The notes under the pieces are model-generated. The model saw only the letters and a list, made by a program, of their open reading frames with translations. It had not been told where the DNA came from and did not search any database. The translations under genes and the position numbers were made by a program. From assembly GCA_964016885.1 (NCBI GenBank), contig OZ024753.1, forward strand, positions 15,190,001 through 15,254,000: a DNA stretch of 64,000 nt, in the 5' to 3' direction. Source of the DNA: Eledone cirrhosa. Taxonomy: Eukaryota. Position 1 is the first letter of the stretch. Every line of letters starts with the position of its first letter. Below are positions 27,901-41,879 of this stretch, one piece after another.

Positions 27901-29899
27901 TCTTGTTTAGGAAACTGTTTGATAGCAGACCGCATTAATCATCGCTGTTTCTTGTTTAGGAAACTGTTTGATAGCAGACCGCATTAATCGTCCCTGGTTC
28001 TTGTTTAGGAGACTGTTTGATAGCAGACCGCATTAATCGTCCTTGTGTCTTGTTTAGGAAACTGTTTGATAGCAGACTGCATTAATAATCCCTGTTTCTT
28101 GTTTAGGAAACTGTTTGATAGCAGACCGCATTAATCGTCCCTGGTTCTTGTTTAGGAGACTGTTTGATAGCAGACCGCATTAATCGTCCCTGGTTCTTGT
28201 TTAGGAGACTGTTTGATAGCAGACCGCATTAATCGTCCCTGGTTCTTGTTTAGGAGACTGTTTGATAGCAGACCGCATTAATCGTCCCTGGTTCTTGTTT
28301 ATGAAACTGTTTGATAGCAGACCCCATTAATAATCCCTGTTTCTTGTTTAGGAAACTGTTTGATAGCAGACCGCATTAATCGTCCCTGGTTCTTGTTTAG
28401 GAAACTGTTTGATAGCAGACCCCATTAATAATCCCTGTTTCTTGTTTAGGAAACTGTTTGATAGCAGACCGCATTAATCGTCCCTGTTTCTTGTTTAGGA
28501 AACTGTTTGATAGCAGACCCCATTAATAATCCCTGTTTCTTGTTTAGGAAACTGTTTGATAGCAGACCGCATTAATCGTCCCTGGTTCTTGTTTAGGAAA
28601 CTGTTTGATAGCAGACCGCATTAATCGTCCCTGGTTCTTGTTTAGGAAACTGTTTGATAGCAGACTGCATTAATCATCCCTGTTTCTTGTTTAGGAAACT
28701 GTTTGATAGAAGACAGCATTAATCGTCCCTGTTTCTTGTTTAGGAAACTGTTTGATAGCAGACCGCATTAATCGTCCCTGGTTCTTGTTTAGAAAACTGT
28801 TTGACACCAGACTGCATTAATCATCCCTGTTTCTTGTTTAGGAAACTGTTTGATAGAAGACAGCATTAATCGTCCCTGGTTCTTGTTTAGGAAACTGTTT
28901 GATAGCAGACCGCATTAATCGTCCCTGTTTCTTGTTTAGGAAACTGTTTGATAGTAGACAGCATTAATCGTCCCTGTTTCTTGTTTAGGAAACTGTTTGA
29001 TAGTAGAGAGCATTAATCATCCCTGTTTCTTGTTTAGGAAACTGTTTGATAGTAGACAGTATTAATCGTCCCTGTTTCTTGTTTAGGAAACTGTTTGATA
29101 GTAGACAGCATTAATCGTCCCTGGTTCTTGTTTAGGAAACTGTTTGATAGCAGACCGCATTAATCGTCCCTGGTTCTTGTTTACGAAACTGTTTAATAGC
29201 AGACTGCATTAATAATCCCTGTTTCTTGTTTACGAAACTGTTTGATAGCAGACCGCATTAATCGTCCCTGGTTCTTGTTTACGAAACTGTTTGATAGCAG
29301 ACTGCATTAATCGTCCCTGGTTCTTGTTTAGGAAACTGTTTGATATCAGACCGCATTAATCGTCCCTGGTTCTTGTTTACGAAACTTTTTGATAGCAGAC
29401 TGCATTAATAATCCCTGTTTCTTGTTTACGAAACTGTTTGATAGCAGACCGCATTAATAATCCGTTTCTTGTTTAGGAAACTGTTTGATAGCAGACCGCA
29501 TTAATCATCCCTGTTTCTTGTTTAGGAAACTGTTTGATAGAAGACAGCATTAATCGTCCCTGTTTCTTGTTTAGGAAACTGTTTGATAGCAGACTGCATT
29601 AATCATCCCTGTTTCTTGTTTAGGAAACTGTTTGATAGAAGACAGCATTAATCGTCCTTGTTTCTTGTTTAGGAAACTGTTTGATAGCAGACCGCATTAA
29701 TCGTCCCTGGTTCTTGTTTAGAAAACTGTTTGACACCAGACTGCATTAATCATCCCTGTTTCTTGTTTAGGAAACTGTTTGATAGAAGACAGCATTAATC
29801 GTCCCTGGTTCTTGTTTAGGAAACTGTTTGATAGCAGACCGCATTAATCGTCCCTGTTTCTTGTTTAGGAAACTGTTTGATAGTAGACAGCATTAATCG

Positions 29900-32800
29900 T
29901 CCCTGTTTCTTGTTTAGGAAACTGTTTGATAGTAGAGAGCATTAATCATCCCTGTTTCTTGTTTAGGAAACTGTTTGATAGTAGACAGTATTAATCGTCC
30001 CTGTTTCTTGTTTAGGAAACTGTTTGATAGTAGACAGCATTAATCGTCCCTGGTTCTTGTTTAGGAAACTGTTTGATAGCAGACCGCATTAATCGTCCCT
30101 GGTTCTTGTTCACGAAACTGTTTAATAGCAGACTGCATTAATAATCCCTGTTTCTTGTTTACGAAACTGTTTGATAGCAGACGGCATTAATCGTCCCTGG
30201 TTCTTGTTTACGAAACTGTTTGATAGCAGACTGCATTAATCGTCCCTGGTTCTTGTTTACGAAACTGTTTGATAGCAGACTGCATTAATAATCCCTGTTT
30301 CTTGTTTACGAAACTGTTTGATAGCAGACCGCATTAATCGTCCCTGGTTCTTGTTTACGAAACTGTTTTATAGCAGACTGCATTAATAATCCCTGTTTCT
30401 TGTTTAGGAAACTGTTTGAAAGCAGACCGCATTAATCATCCCTGTTCTTGTTTAGGAAACTGTTTGATAGCAGACTGCATTAATAATCCCGGTTTCTTGT
30501 TTAGGAAACTGTTTGATAGCAGACCGCATTAATCATCCCTGTTTCTTGTTTACGAAACTGTTTGATAGCAGACCGCATTAATCGTCCCTGGTTCTTGTTT
30601 AGGAAACTGTTTGATAGCAGACCGCATTAATCGTCCCTGGTTCTTGTTTAGGAAACTGTTTGATAGCAGACCGCATTAATCGTCCCTGGTTCTTGTTTAG
30701 GAAACTGTTTGTTAGCAGACTGCATTAATAATCCCTGTTTCTTGTTTAGGAAACTGTTTGATAGCAGACCGCATTAATCGTCCCTGGTTCTTGTTTAGGA
30801 AACTGTTTGATAGCAGACCACATTAATCGTCCCTGGTCCTTGTTTAGGAAACTGTTTGATTACAGACCGCATTAATCGTCCCTGGTTCTTGTTTAGGAAA
30901 CTGTTTGATAGCAGACCGCTTTAATCATCCCTGTTTCCTGTTTAGGAAACTGTTTGATAGCAGACTGCATTAATCATCCCTGGTTCTTGTTTAGGAAACT
31001 GTTTGATAGCAGACCGCATTAATCGTCCCTGTTTCTTGTTTAGGAAATTGTTTGATAGCAGACTGCATTAATCATCCCTGTTTCTTGTTTAGGAAACTGT
31101 TTGATTACAGACCGCATTAATCGTCCCTGGTTCTTGTTTAGGAAACTGTTTGATAGCAGACCGCTTTAATCTTCCCTGTTTCTTGTTTAGGAAATTGTCT
31201 GATAGCAGACCGCATTAATAATCCCTGTTTCTTGTTTAGGAAACTGTTTGTTAGCAGACTGCATTAATAATCCCCGTTTCTTGTTTAGGAAACTGTTTGA
31301 TAGTAGACCGCATTAATCGTCCCTGGTTCTTGTTTAGGAAACTGTTTGATTACAGACCGCATTAATCGTCCCTGGTTCTTGTTTAGGAAACTGTTTGATA
31401 GCAGACCGCATTAATCATCCCTGTTTCTTATTTAGGAAACTGTTTGATAGCAGACCGCATTAATCGTCCCTGTTTCTTGTTTAGGAAACTGTTTGATAGT
31501 AGACAGCATTAATCGTCCCTGTTTCTTGTTTAGGAAACTGTTTGATAGTAGACAGCATTAATCGTCCCTGTTTCTTGTTTAGGAAACTGTTTAATAGCAG
31601 ACTGCATTAATAATCCCTGTTTCTTGTTTAGGAAACTGTTTGATAGCAGACCGCATTAATCGTCCCTGGTTCTTGTTTACGAAACTGTTTTATAGCAGAC
31701 CCCATTAATAATCCCTGTTTCTTGTTTAGGAAACTGTTTGATAGCAGACCGCATTAATCGTCCCTGGTTCTTGTTTAGGAAACTGTTTGATAGCAGACCG
31801 CATTAATCGTCCCTGGTTCTTGTTTAGGAAACTGTTTGATAGCAGACTGCATTAATCATCCCTGTTTCTTGTTTAGGAAACTGTTTGATAGAAGACAGCA
31901 TTAATCGTCCCTGTTTCTTGTTTAGGAAACTGTTTGATAGCAGACCGCATTAATCGTCCCTGGTTCTTGTTTAGGAAACTGTTTGATAGCAGACCGCATT
32001 AATAATCCCTGTTTCTTGTTTAGGAGACTGTTTGATAGCAGACCGCATTAATCGTCCCTGGTTCTTGTTTAGGAAACTGTTTGATAGCAGACTGCATTAA
32101 TCATCCCTGTTTCTTGTTTAGGAAACTGTTTGATAGAAGACAGCATTAATCGTCCCTGTTTCTTGTTTACGAAACTGTTTGATAGCAGACCGCATTAATC
32201 GTCCCTGGTTCTTGTTTAGAAAACTGTTTGACACCAGACTGCATTAATCATCCCTGTTTCTTGTTTAGGAAACTGTTTGATAGAAGACAGCATTAATCGT
32301 CCCTGGTTCTTGTTTAGGAAACTGTTTGATAGCAGACCGCATTAATAGTCCCTGTTTCTTGTTTAGGAAACTGTTTGATAGCAGACCGCATTAATCGTCC
32401 CTGTTTCTTGTTTAGGAAACTGTTTGATAGTAGACAGCATTAATCGTCCCTGTTTCTTGTTTAGGAAACTGTTTAATAGCAGACTGCATTAATAATCCCT
32501 GTTTCTTGTTTACGAAACTGTTTGATAGCAGACCGCATTAATCGTCCCTGGTTCTTGTTTACGAAACTGTTTTATAGCAGACCCCATTAATAATCCCTGT
32601 TTCTTGTTTAGGAAACTGTTTGATAGCAGACCGCATTAATCGTCCCTGGTTCTTGTTTAGGAAACTGTTTGATAGCAGACCGCATTAATCGTCCCTGGTT
32701 CTTGTTTAGGAAACTGTTTGATAGCAGACGCATTAATCATCCCTGTTTCTTGTTTAGGAAACTGTTTGATAGAAGACAGCATTAATCGTCCCTGTTTCTT

Positions 32801-35800
32801 GTTTAGGAAACTGTTTGATAGCAGACCGCATTAATCGTCCCTGGTCCTTGTTTAGAAAACTGTTTGACACCAGACTGCATTAATCATCCCTGTTTCTTGT
32901 TTACGAAACTGTTTGATAGCAGACCGCATTAATCGTCCCTGGTTCTTGTTTAGGAAACTGTTTGATAGCAGACCGCATTACTCATCCCTGTTTCTTGTTT
33001 AGGAAACCGTTTGATAGCAGACCGCATTAATCATCCCTGTTTCTTGTTTAGAAAACTGTTTGATAGTAGACCGCATTAATCGTCCCTGGTTCTTGTTTAG
33101 GAAACTGTTTGATAGCAGACCGCATTAATCGTCCCTGTTTTTGTTTAGGATACTGTTTGATAGTAGACAGTATTAATCGTCCCTGTTTCTTGTTTAGGAA
33201 ACTGTTTGATAGTAGACAGCATTAATCGTACCTGTTTCTTGTTTACGAAACTGTTTAATAGCAGACCGCATTAATCGTCCCTGTTTCTTGTTTAGGAAAC
33301 TGTTTGATAGTAGACAGTATTAATCGTCCCTGTTTCTTGTTTAGGAAACTGTTTGATAGCAGACCGCATTAATCGTCCCTGGTTCTTGTTTAGGAAACTG
33401 TTTGACACCAGACTGCATTAATCATCCCTGTTTCTTGTTTACGAAACTGTTTGATAGTAGACCGCATTAATCGTCCCCGGTTCTTGTTTAGGAAACTGTT
33501 TAATAGCAGACTGCATTAATCTTCCTGTTTCTTGTTTACGAAACTGTTTGATAGCAGACCGCATTAATCGTCCCTGGTTCTTGTTTACGAAACTGTTTAA
33601 TAGCAGACTGCATTAATAATCCCTGTTTCTTGTTTACGAAACTGTTTGATAGCAGACCGCATTAATCGTCCCTGGTTCTTGTTTACGAAACTGTTTGATA
33701 GCAGACTGCATTAATCGTCCCTGGTGCTTGTTTAGGAAACTGTTTGATAGCAGACCGCATTAATCGTCCCTGGTTCTTGTTTACGAAACTGTTTGATAGC
33801 AGACTGCATTAATAATCCCTGTTTCTTGTTTACGAAACTTTTTGATAGCAGACCGCATTAATAATCCGTTTCTTGTTTAGGAAACTGTTTGATAGCAGAC
33901 CGCATTAATCGTCCCTGGTTCTTGTTTAGTAAACCGTTTGATAGCAGACCGCATTAATCGTCCCTGGTTCCTGTTTAGGAAACTGTTTGATAGCAGACCG
34001 CATTAATCATCCCTGTTTCTTGTTTAGAAAACTGTTTGATAGCAGACCGCATTAATCGTCCCTGGTTCTTGTTTAGGAAACCGTTTGATAGCAGACCGCA
34101 TTAATCGTCCCTGGTTCCTGTTTAGGAAACTGTTTGATAGCAGACCGCATTAATCATCCCTGTTTCTTGTTTAGGAAACTGTTTGATAGTAGACCGCATT
34201 AATCGTCCCTGGTTCTTGTTTAGGAAACTGTTTGATAGCAGACCGCATTAATCATCCCTGTTTCTTGTTTAGGAAACTGTTTGATTACAGACCGCATTAA
34301 TCGTCCCTGGTTCTTGTTTAGGAAACTGTTTGATAGCAGACCGCATTAATCAACCCTGTTTCTTGTTGAGGAAACTGTTTGATTACAGACCGCATTAATC
34401 GTCCCTGGTTCTTGTTTAGGAAACTGTTTGATAGTAGACAGCATTAATCGTCCTTGTTTCTTGCTTAGGAAACTGTTTGATAGCAGACCGCATTAATCAT
34501 CCCTGTTTCTTGTTTAGGAAACTGTTTGATAGTAGACAGCATTAATCGTCCTTGTTTCTTGCTTAGGAAACTGTTTGATAGCAGACCGCATTAATAATCC
34601 CTGTTTCTTGTTTACGAAACTGTTTGATAGCAGACCGAATTAATCGTCCCTGTTTCTTGATTAAGAAACTGTCTGATAGCAGACTGCATTAATAATCCCT
34701 GTTTCTTGTTTAGGAAACTGTTTGATAGCAGACCGCATTAATCGTCCCTGGTTCTTGTTTAGGAAACTGTTTGATAGCAGACCGCATTAATCGTCCCTGT
34801 TTTTTGATTAGGAAACTGTTTGATAGCAGACTGCATTAATAATCCCTGTTTCTTGTTTAGGAAACTGTTTCATAGCAGACCGCATTAATCGTCCCTGGTT
34901 CTTGTTTAGGAAACTGTTTGATAGCAGACCGCATTAATCGTCCCTGTTTTTTGATTAGGAAACTGTTTGATAGCAGACTGCATTAATAATCCCTGTTTCT
35001 TGTTTAGGAAACTGTTTCATAGCAGACCGCATTAATCGTCCCTGGTTCTTGTTTAGGAAACTGTTTGATAGCAGACCGAATTAATCGTCCCTGTTCTTTG
35101 ATTAGTAAACTGTTTGATAGCAGACTGCATTAATAATCCCTGTTTCTTGTTTAGGAAACTGTTTGATAGCAGACCGCATTAATCGTCCCTGTTTTTTGAT
35201 TAGGAAACTATTTGATAGCAGACTGCATTAATAATCCCTGTTTCTTGTTTAGGAAACTGTTTGATAGCAGACCGCATTAATCGTCCCTGGTTCTTGTTTA
35301 GGAAACTGTTTGATAGCAGACCGAATTAATCGTCCCTGTTTTTTGATTAGGAAACTGTTTGACAGCAGACTGCATTAATAATCCCTGTTTCTTTTTTAGG
35401 AAACTGTTTGATAGCAGACGGCATTAATCGTCCCTGGTTCTTGTTTAGGAAACTGTTTGATAGCAGACCGAATTAATCGTCCCTGTTTTTTGATTAGGAA
35501 ACTGTTTGATAGCAGACTGCATTAATAATCCCTGTTTCTTGTTTAGGAAACTGTTTCATAGCAGACCGCATTAATCGTCCCTGTTTCTTGTTTAGGAAAC
35601 TGTTTGATAGCAGACCGAATTAATCGTCCCTGTTTCTCGTTTAGGAAACTGTTTGATAGCAGACCGAATTAATCGTCCCTGTTTCTTGTTTAGGAAACTG
35701 TTTGATAGTAGAGAGCATTAATCATCCCTGTTTCTTGTTTAGGAAACTGTTTGATAGTAGACAGTATTAATCGTCCCTGTTTCTTGTTTAGGAAACTGTT

Positions 35801-38800
35801 TGATAGTAGACAGCATTAATCGTCCCTGGTTCTTGTTTAGGAAACTGTTTGATAGCAGACCGCATTAATCGTCCCTGGTTCTTGTTCACGAAACTGTTTA
35901 ATAGCAGACTGCATTAATAATCCCTGTTTCTTGTTTACGAAACTGTTTGATAGCAGACGGCATTAATCGTCCCTGGTTCTTGTTTACGAAACTGTTTGAT
36001 AGCAGACTGCATTAATCGTCCCTGGTTCTTGTTTACGAAACTGTTTGATAGCAGACTGCATTAATAATCCCTGTTTCTTGTTTACGAAACTGTTTGATAG
36101 CAGACCGCATTAATCGTCCCTGGTTCTTGTTTACGAAACTGTTTTATAGCAGACTGCATTAATAATCCCTGTTTCTTGTTTAGGAAACTGTTTGAAAGCA
36201 GACCGCATTAATCATCCCTGTTCTTGTTTAGGAAACTGTTTGATAGCAGACTGCATTAATAATCCCGGTTTCTTGTTTAGGAAACTGTTTGATAGCAGAC
36301 CGCATTAATCATCCCTGTTTCTTGTTTACGAAACTGTTTGATAGCAGACCGCATTAATCGTCCCTGGTTCTTGTTTAGGAAACTGTTTGATAGCAGACCG
36401 CATTAATCGTCCCTGGTTCTTGTTTAGGAAACTGTTTGATAGCAGACCGCATTAATCGTCCCTGGTTCTTGTTTAGGAAACTGTTTGATAGCAGACAGCA
36501 TTAATCGTCCCTGTTTCTTGTTTAGGAAACCGTTTGATAGCAGACCGCATTAATAATCCCTGTTTCTTGTTTAGGAAACTGTTTGTTAGCAGACTGCATT
36601 AATAATCCCTGTTTCTTGTTTAGGAAACTGTTTGATAGCAGACCGCATTAATCGTCCCTGGTTCTTGTTTAGGAAACTGTTTGATAGCAGACCACATTAA
36701 TCGTCCCTAGTCCTTGTTTAGGAAACTGTTTGATTACAGACCGCATTAATCGTCCCTGGTTCTTGTTTAGGAAACTGTTTGATAGCAGACCGCTTTAATC
36801 ATCCCTGTTTCCTGTTTAGGAAACTGTTTGATAGCAGACTGCATTAATCATCCCTGGTTCTTGTTTAGGAAACTGTTTGATAGCAGACCGCATTAATCGT
36901 CCCTGTTTCTTGTTTAGGAAATTGTTTGATAGCAGACTGCATTAATCATCCCTGTTTCTTGTTTAGGAAACTGTTTGATTACAGACCGCATTAATCGTCC
37001 CTGGTTCTTGTTTAGGAAACTGTTTGATAGCAGACCGCTTTAATCATCCCTGTTTCTTGTTTAGGAAATTGTCTGATAGCAGACCGCATTAATAATCCCT
37101 GTTTCTTGTTTAGGAAACTGTTTGTTAGCAGACTGCATTAATAATCCCCGTTTCTTGTTTAGGAAACTGTTTGATAGTAGACCGCATTAATCGTCCCTGG
37201 TTCTTGTTTAGGAAACTGTTTGATTACAGACCGCATTAATCGTCCCTGGTTCTTGTTTAGGAAACTGTTTGATAGCAGACCGCATTAATCATCCCTGTTT
37301 CTTATTTAGGAAACTGTTTGATAGCAGACCGCATTAATCGTCCCTGTTTCTTGTTTAGGAAACTGTTTGATAGTAGACAGCATTAATCGTCCCTGTTTCT
37401 TGTTTAGGAAACTGTTTGATAGTAGACAGCATTAATCGTCCCTGTTTCTTGTTTAGGAAACTGTTTAATAGCAGACTGCATTAATAATCCCTGTTTCTTG
37501 TTTAGGAAACTGTTTGATAGCAGACCGCATTAATCGTCCCTGGTTCTTGTTTACGAAACTGTTTTATAGCAGACCCCATTAATAATCCCTGTTTCTTGTT
37601 TAGGAAACTGTTTGATAGCAGACCGCATTAATCGTCCCTGGTTCTTGTTTAGGAAACTGTTTGATAGCAGACCGCATTAATCGTCCCTGGTTCTTGTTTA
37701 GGAAACTGTTTGATAGCAGACTGCATTAATCATCCCTGTTTCTTGTTTAGGAAACTGTTTGATAGAAGACAGCATTAATCGTCCCTGTTTCTTGTTTAGG
37801 AAACTGTTTGATAGCAGACCGCATTAATCTTCCCTGGTTCTTGTTTAGGAAACTGTTTGATAGCAGACCGCATTAATAATCCCTGTTTCTTGTTTAGGAG
37901 ACTGTTTGATAGCAGACCGCATTAATCGTCCCTGGTTCTTGTTTAGGAAACTGTTTGATAGCAGACTGCATTAATCATCCCTGTTTCTTGTTTAGGAAAC
38001 TGTTTGATAGAAGACAGCATTAATCGTCCCTGTTTCTTGTTTACGAAACTGTTTGATAGCAGACCGCATTAATCGTCCCTGGTTCTTGTTTAGAAAACTG
38101 TTTGACACCAGACTGCATTAATCATCCCTGTTTCTTGTTTAGGAAACTGTTTGATAGAAGACAGCATTAATCGTCCCTGGTTCTTGTTTAGGAAACTGTT
38201 TGATAGCAGACCGCATTAATAGTCCCTGTTTCTTGTTTAGGAAACTGTTTGATAGCAGACCGCATTAATCGTCCCTGTTTCTTGTTTAGGAAACTGTTTG
38301 ATAGTAGACAGCATTAATCGTCCCTGTTTCTTGTTTAGGAAACTGTTTAATAGCAGACTGCATTAATAATCCCTGTTTCTTGTTTACGAAACTGTTTGAT
38401 AGCAGACCGCATTAATCGTCCCTGGTTCTTGTTTACGAAACTGTTTTATAGCAGACCCCATTAATAATCCCTGTTTCTTGTTTAGGAAACTGTTTGATAG
38501 CAGACCGCATTAATCGTCCCTGGTTCTTGTTTAGGAAACTGTTTGATAGCAGACCGCATTAATCGTCCCTGGTTCTTGTTTAGGAAACTGTTTGATAGCA
38601 GACGCATTAATCATCCCTGTTTCTTGTTTAGGAAACTGTTTGATAGAAGACAGCATTAATCGTCCCTGTTTCTTGTTTAGGAAACTGTTTGATAGCAGAC
38701 CGCATTAATCGTCCCTGGTCCTTGTTTAGAAAACTGTTTGACACCAGACTGCATTAATCATCCCTGTTTCTTGTTTACGAAACTGTTTGATAGCAGACCG

Positions 38801-41560
38801 CATTAATCGTCCCTGGTTCTTGTTTAGGAAACTGTTTGATAGCAGATCGCATTACTCATCCCTGTTTCTTGTTTAGGAAACCGTTTGATAGCAGACCGCA
38901 TTAATCATCCCTGTTTCTTGTTTAGAAAACTGTTTGATAGTAGACCGCATTAATCGTCCCTGGTTCTTGTTTAGGAAACTGTTTGATAGCAGACCGCATT
39001 AATCGTCCCTGTTTTTGTTTAGGATACTGTTTGATAGTAGACAGTATTAATCGTCCCTGTTTCTTGTTTAGGAAACTGTTTGATAGTAGACAGCATTAAT
39101 CGTACCTGTTTCTTGTTTACGAAACTGTTTAATAGCAGACCGCATTAATCGTCCCTGTTTCTTGTTTAGGAAACTGTTTGATAGTAGACAGTATTAATCG
39201 TCCCTGTTTCTTGTTTAGGAAACTGTTTGATAGCAGACCGCATTAATCGTCCCTGGTTCTTGTTTAGGAAACTGTTTGACACCAGACTGCATTAATCATC
39301 CCTGTTTCTTGTTTACGAAACTGTTTGATAGTAGACCGCATTAATCGTCCCCGGTTCTTGTTTAGGAAACTGTTTAATAGCAGACTGCATTAATCTTCCT
39401 GTTTCTTGTTTACGAAACTGTTTGATAGCAGACCGCATTAATCGCCCTGGTTCTTGTTTACGAAACTGTTTAATAGCAGACTGCATTAATAATCCCTGTT
39501 TCTTGTTTACGAAACTGTTTGATAGCAGACCGCATTAATCGTCCCTGGTTCTTGTTTACGAAACTGTTTGATAGCAGACTGCATTAATCGTCCCTGGTGC
39601 TTGTTTAGGAAACTGTTTGATAGCAGACCGCATTAATCGTCCCTGGTTCTTGTTTACGAAACTGTTTGATAGCAGACTGCATTAATAATCCCTGTTTCTT
39701 GTTTACGAAACTTTTTGATAGCAGACCGCATTAATAATCCGTTTCTTGTTTAGGAAACTGTTTGATAGCAGACCGCATTAATCGTCCCTGGTTCTTGTTT
39801 AGTAAACCGTTTGATAGCAGACCGCATTAATCGTCCCTGGTTCCTGTTTAGGAAACTGTTTGATAGCAGACCGCATTAATCATCCCTGTTTCTTGTTTAG
39901 AAAACTGTTTGATAGCAGACCGCATTAATCGTCCCTGGTTCTTGTTTAGGAAACCGTTTGATAGCAGACCGCATTAATCGTCCCTGGTTCCTGTTTAGGA
40001 AACTGTTTGATAGCAGACCGCATTAATCATCCCTGTTTCTTGTTTAGGAAACTGTTTGATAGTAGACCGCATTAATCGTCCCTGGTTCTTGTTTAGGAAA
40101 CTGTTTGATAGCAGACCGCATTAATCATCCCTGTTTCTTGTTTAGGAAACTGTTTGATTACAGACCGCATTAATCGTCCCTGGTTCTTGTTTAGGAAACT
40201 GTTTGATAGCAGACCGCATTAATCAACCCTGTTTCTTGTTGAGGAAACTGTTTGATTACAGACCGCATTAATCGTCCCTGGTTCTTGTTTAGGAAACTGT
40301 TTGATAGTAGACAGCATTAATCGTCCTTGTTTCTTGCTTAGGAAACTGTTTGATAGCAGACCGCATTAATCATCCCTGTTTCTTGTTTAGGAAACTGTTT
40401 GATAGTAGACAGCATTAATCGTCCTTGTTTCTTGCTTAGGAAACTGTTTGATAGCAGACCGCATTAATAATCCCTGTTTCTTGTTTACGAAACTGTTTGA
40501 TAGCAGACCGAATTAATCGTCCCTGTTTCTTGATTAAGAAACTGTCTGATAGCAGACTGCATTAATAATCCCTGTTTCTTGTTTAGGAAACTGTTTGATA
40601 GCAGACCGCATTAATCGTCCCTGGTTCTTGTTTAGGAAACTGTTTGATAGCAGACCGCATTAATCGTCCCTGTTTTTTGATTAGGAAACTGTTTGATAGC
40701 AGACTGCATTAATAATCCCTGTTTCTTGTTTAGGAAACTGTTTCATAGCAGACCGCATTAATCGTCCCTGGTTCTTGTTTAGGAAACTGTTTGATAGCAG
40801 ACCGCATTAATCGTCCCTGTTTTTTGATTAGGAAACTGTTTGATAGCAGACTTCATTAATAATCCCTGTTTCTTGTTTAGGAAACTGTTTCATAGCAGAC
40901 CGCATTAATCGTCCCTGGTTCTTGTTTAGGAAACTGTTTGATAGCAGACCGAATTAATCGTCCCTGTTCTTTGATTAGTAAACTGTTTGATAGCAGACTG
41001 CATTAATAATCCCTGTTTCTTGTTTAGGAAACTGTTTGATAGCAGACCGCATTAATCGTCCCTGTTTTTTGATTAGGAAACTATTTGATAGCAGACTGCA
41101 TTAATAATCCCTGTTTCTTGTTTAGGAAACTGTTTGATAGCAGACCGCATTAATCGTCCCTGGTTCTTGTTTAGGAAACTGTTTGATAGCAGACCGAATT
41201 AATCGTCCCTGTTTTTTGATTAGGAAACTGTTTGACAGCAGACTGCATTAATAATCCCTGTTTCTTTTTTAGGAAACTGTTTGATAGCAGACGGCATTAA
41301 TCGTCCCTGGTTCTTGTTTAGGAAACTGTTTGATAGCAGACCGAATTAATCGTCCCTGTTTTTTGATTAGGAAACTGTTTGATAGCAGACTGCATTAATA
41401 ATCCCTGTTTCTTGTTTAGGAAACTGTTTCATAGCAGACCGCATTAATCGTCCCTGTTTCTTGTTTAGGAAACTGTTTGATAGCAGACCGAATTAATCGT
41501 CCCTGTTTCTCGTTTAGGAAACTGTTTGATAGCAGACCGAATTAATCGTCCCTGTTTCTT
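29900..41560. repeat. Higher-order tandem duplication of a ~5.8-kb block (~118-120 monomers): ~29900-35690 and ~35690-41560
   Basis: AGTAGAGAGC 29931/35707 and CACGAAAC 30111/35887 are at offset 5776. The GGATACTG variant (T at 33151/39025) is at offset 5874 (two extra monomers). GTTGAGGAAA (34368/40241) and TGTTTCTCG (35631/41504) are at offset 5873. Confidence 0.93.
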
Positions 41561-41879
41561 GTTTAGGAAACTGTTTGATAGCAGACCGAATTAATCGTCC
41601 CTGTTTCTCGTTTAGGAAACTGTTTGATAGCAGACTGCATTAATAATCCCTGTTTCTTGTTTAGGAAACTGTTTGATAGCAGACCGCATTAATCGTCCCT
41701 GTTTCTTGTTTAGGAAACTGTTTGATAGCAGACCGAATTAATCGTCCCTGTTTCTTGATTAGGAAACTGTTTGATAGCAGACCGAATTAATCGTCCCTGT
41801 TTCTTGTTTAGGAAACTGTTTGATAGCAGACCGAATTAATCGTCCCTGTTTCTCGTTTAGGAAACTGTTTGATAGCAGA

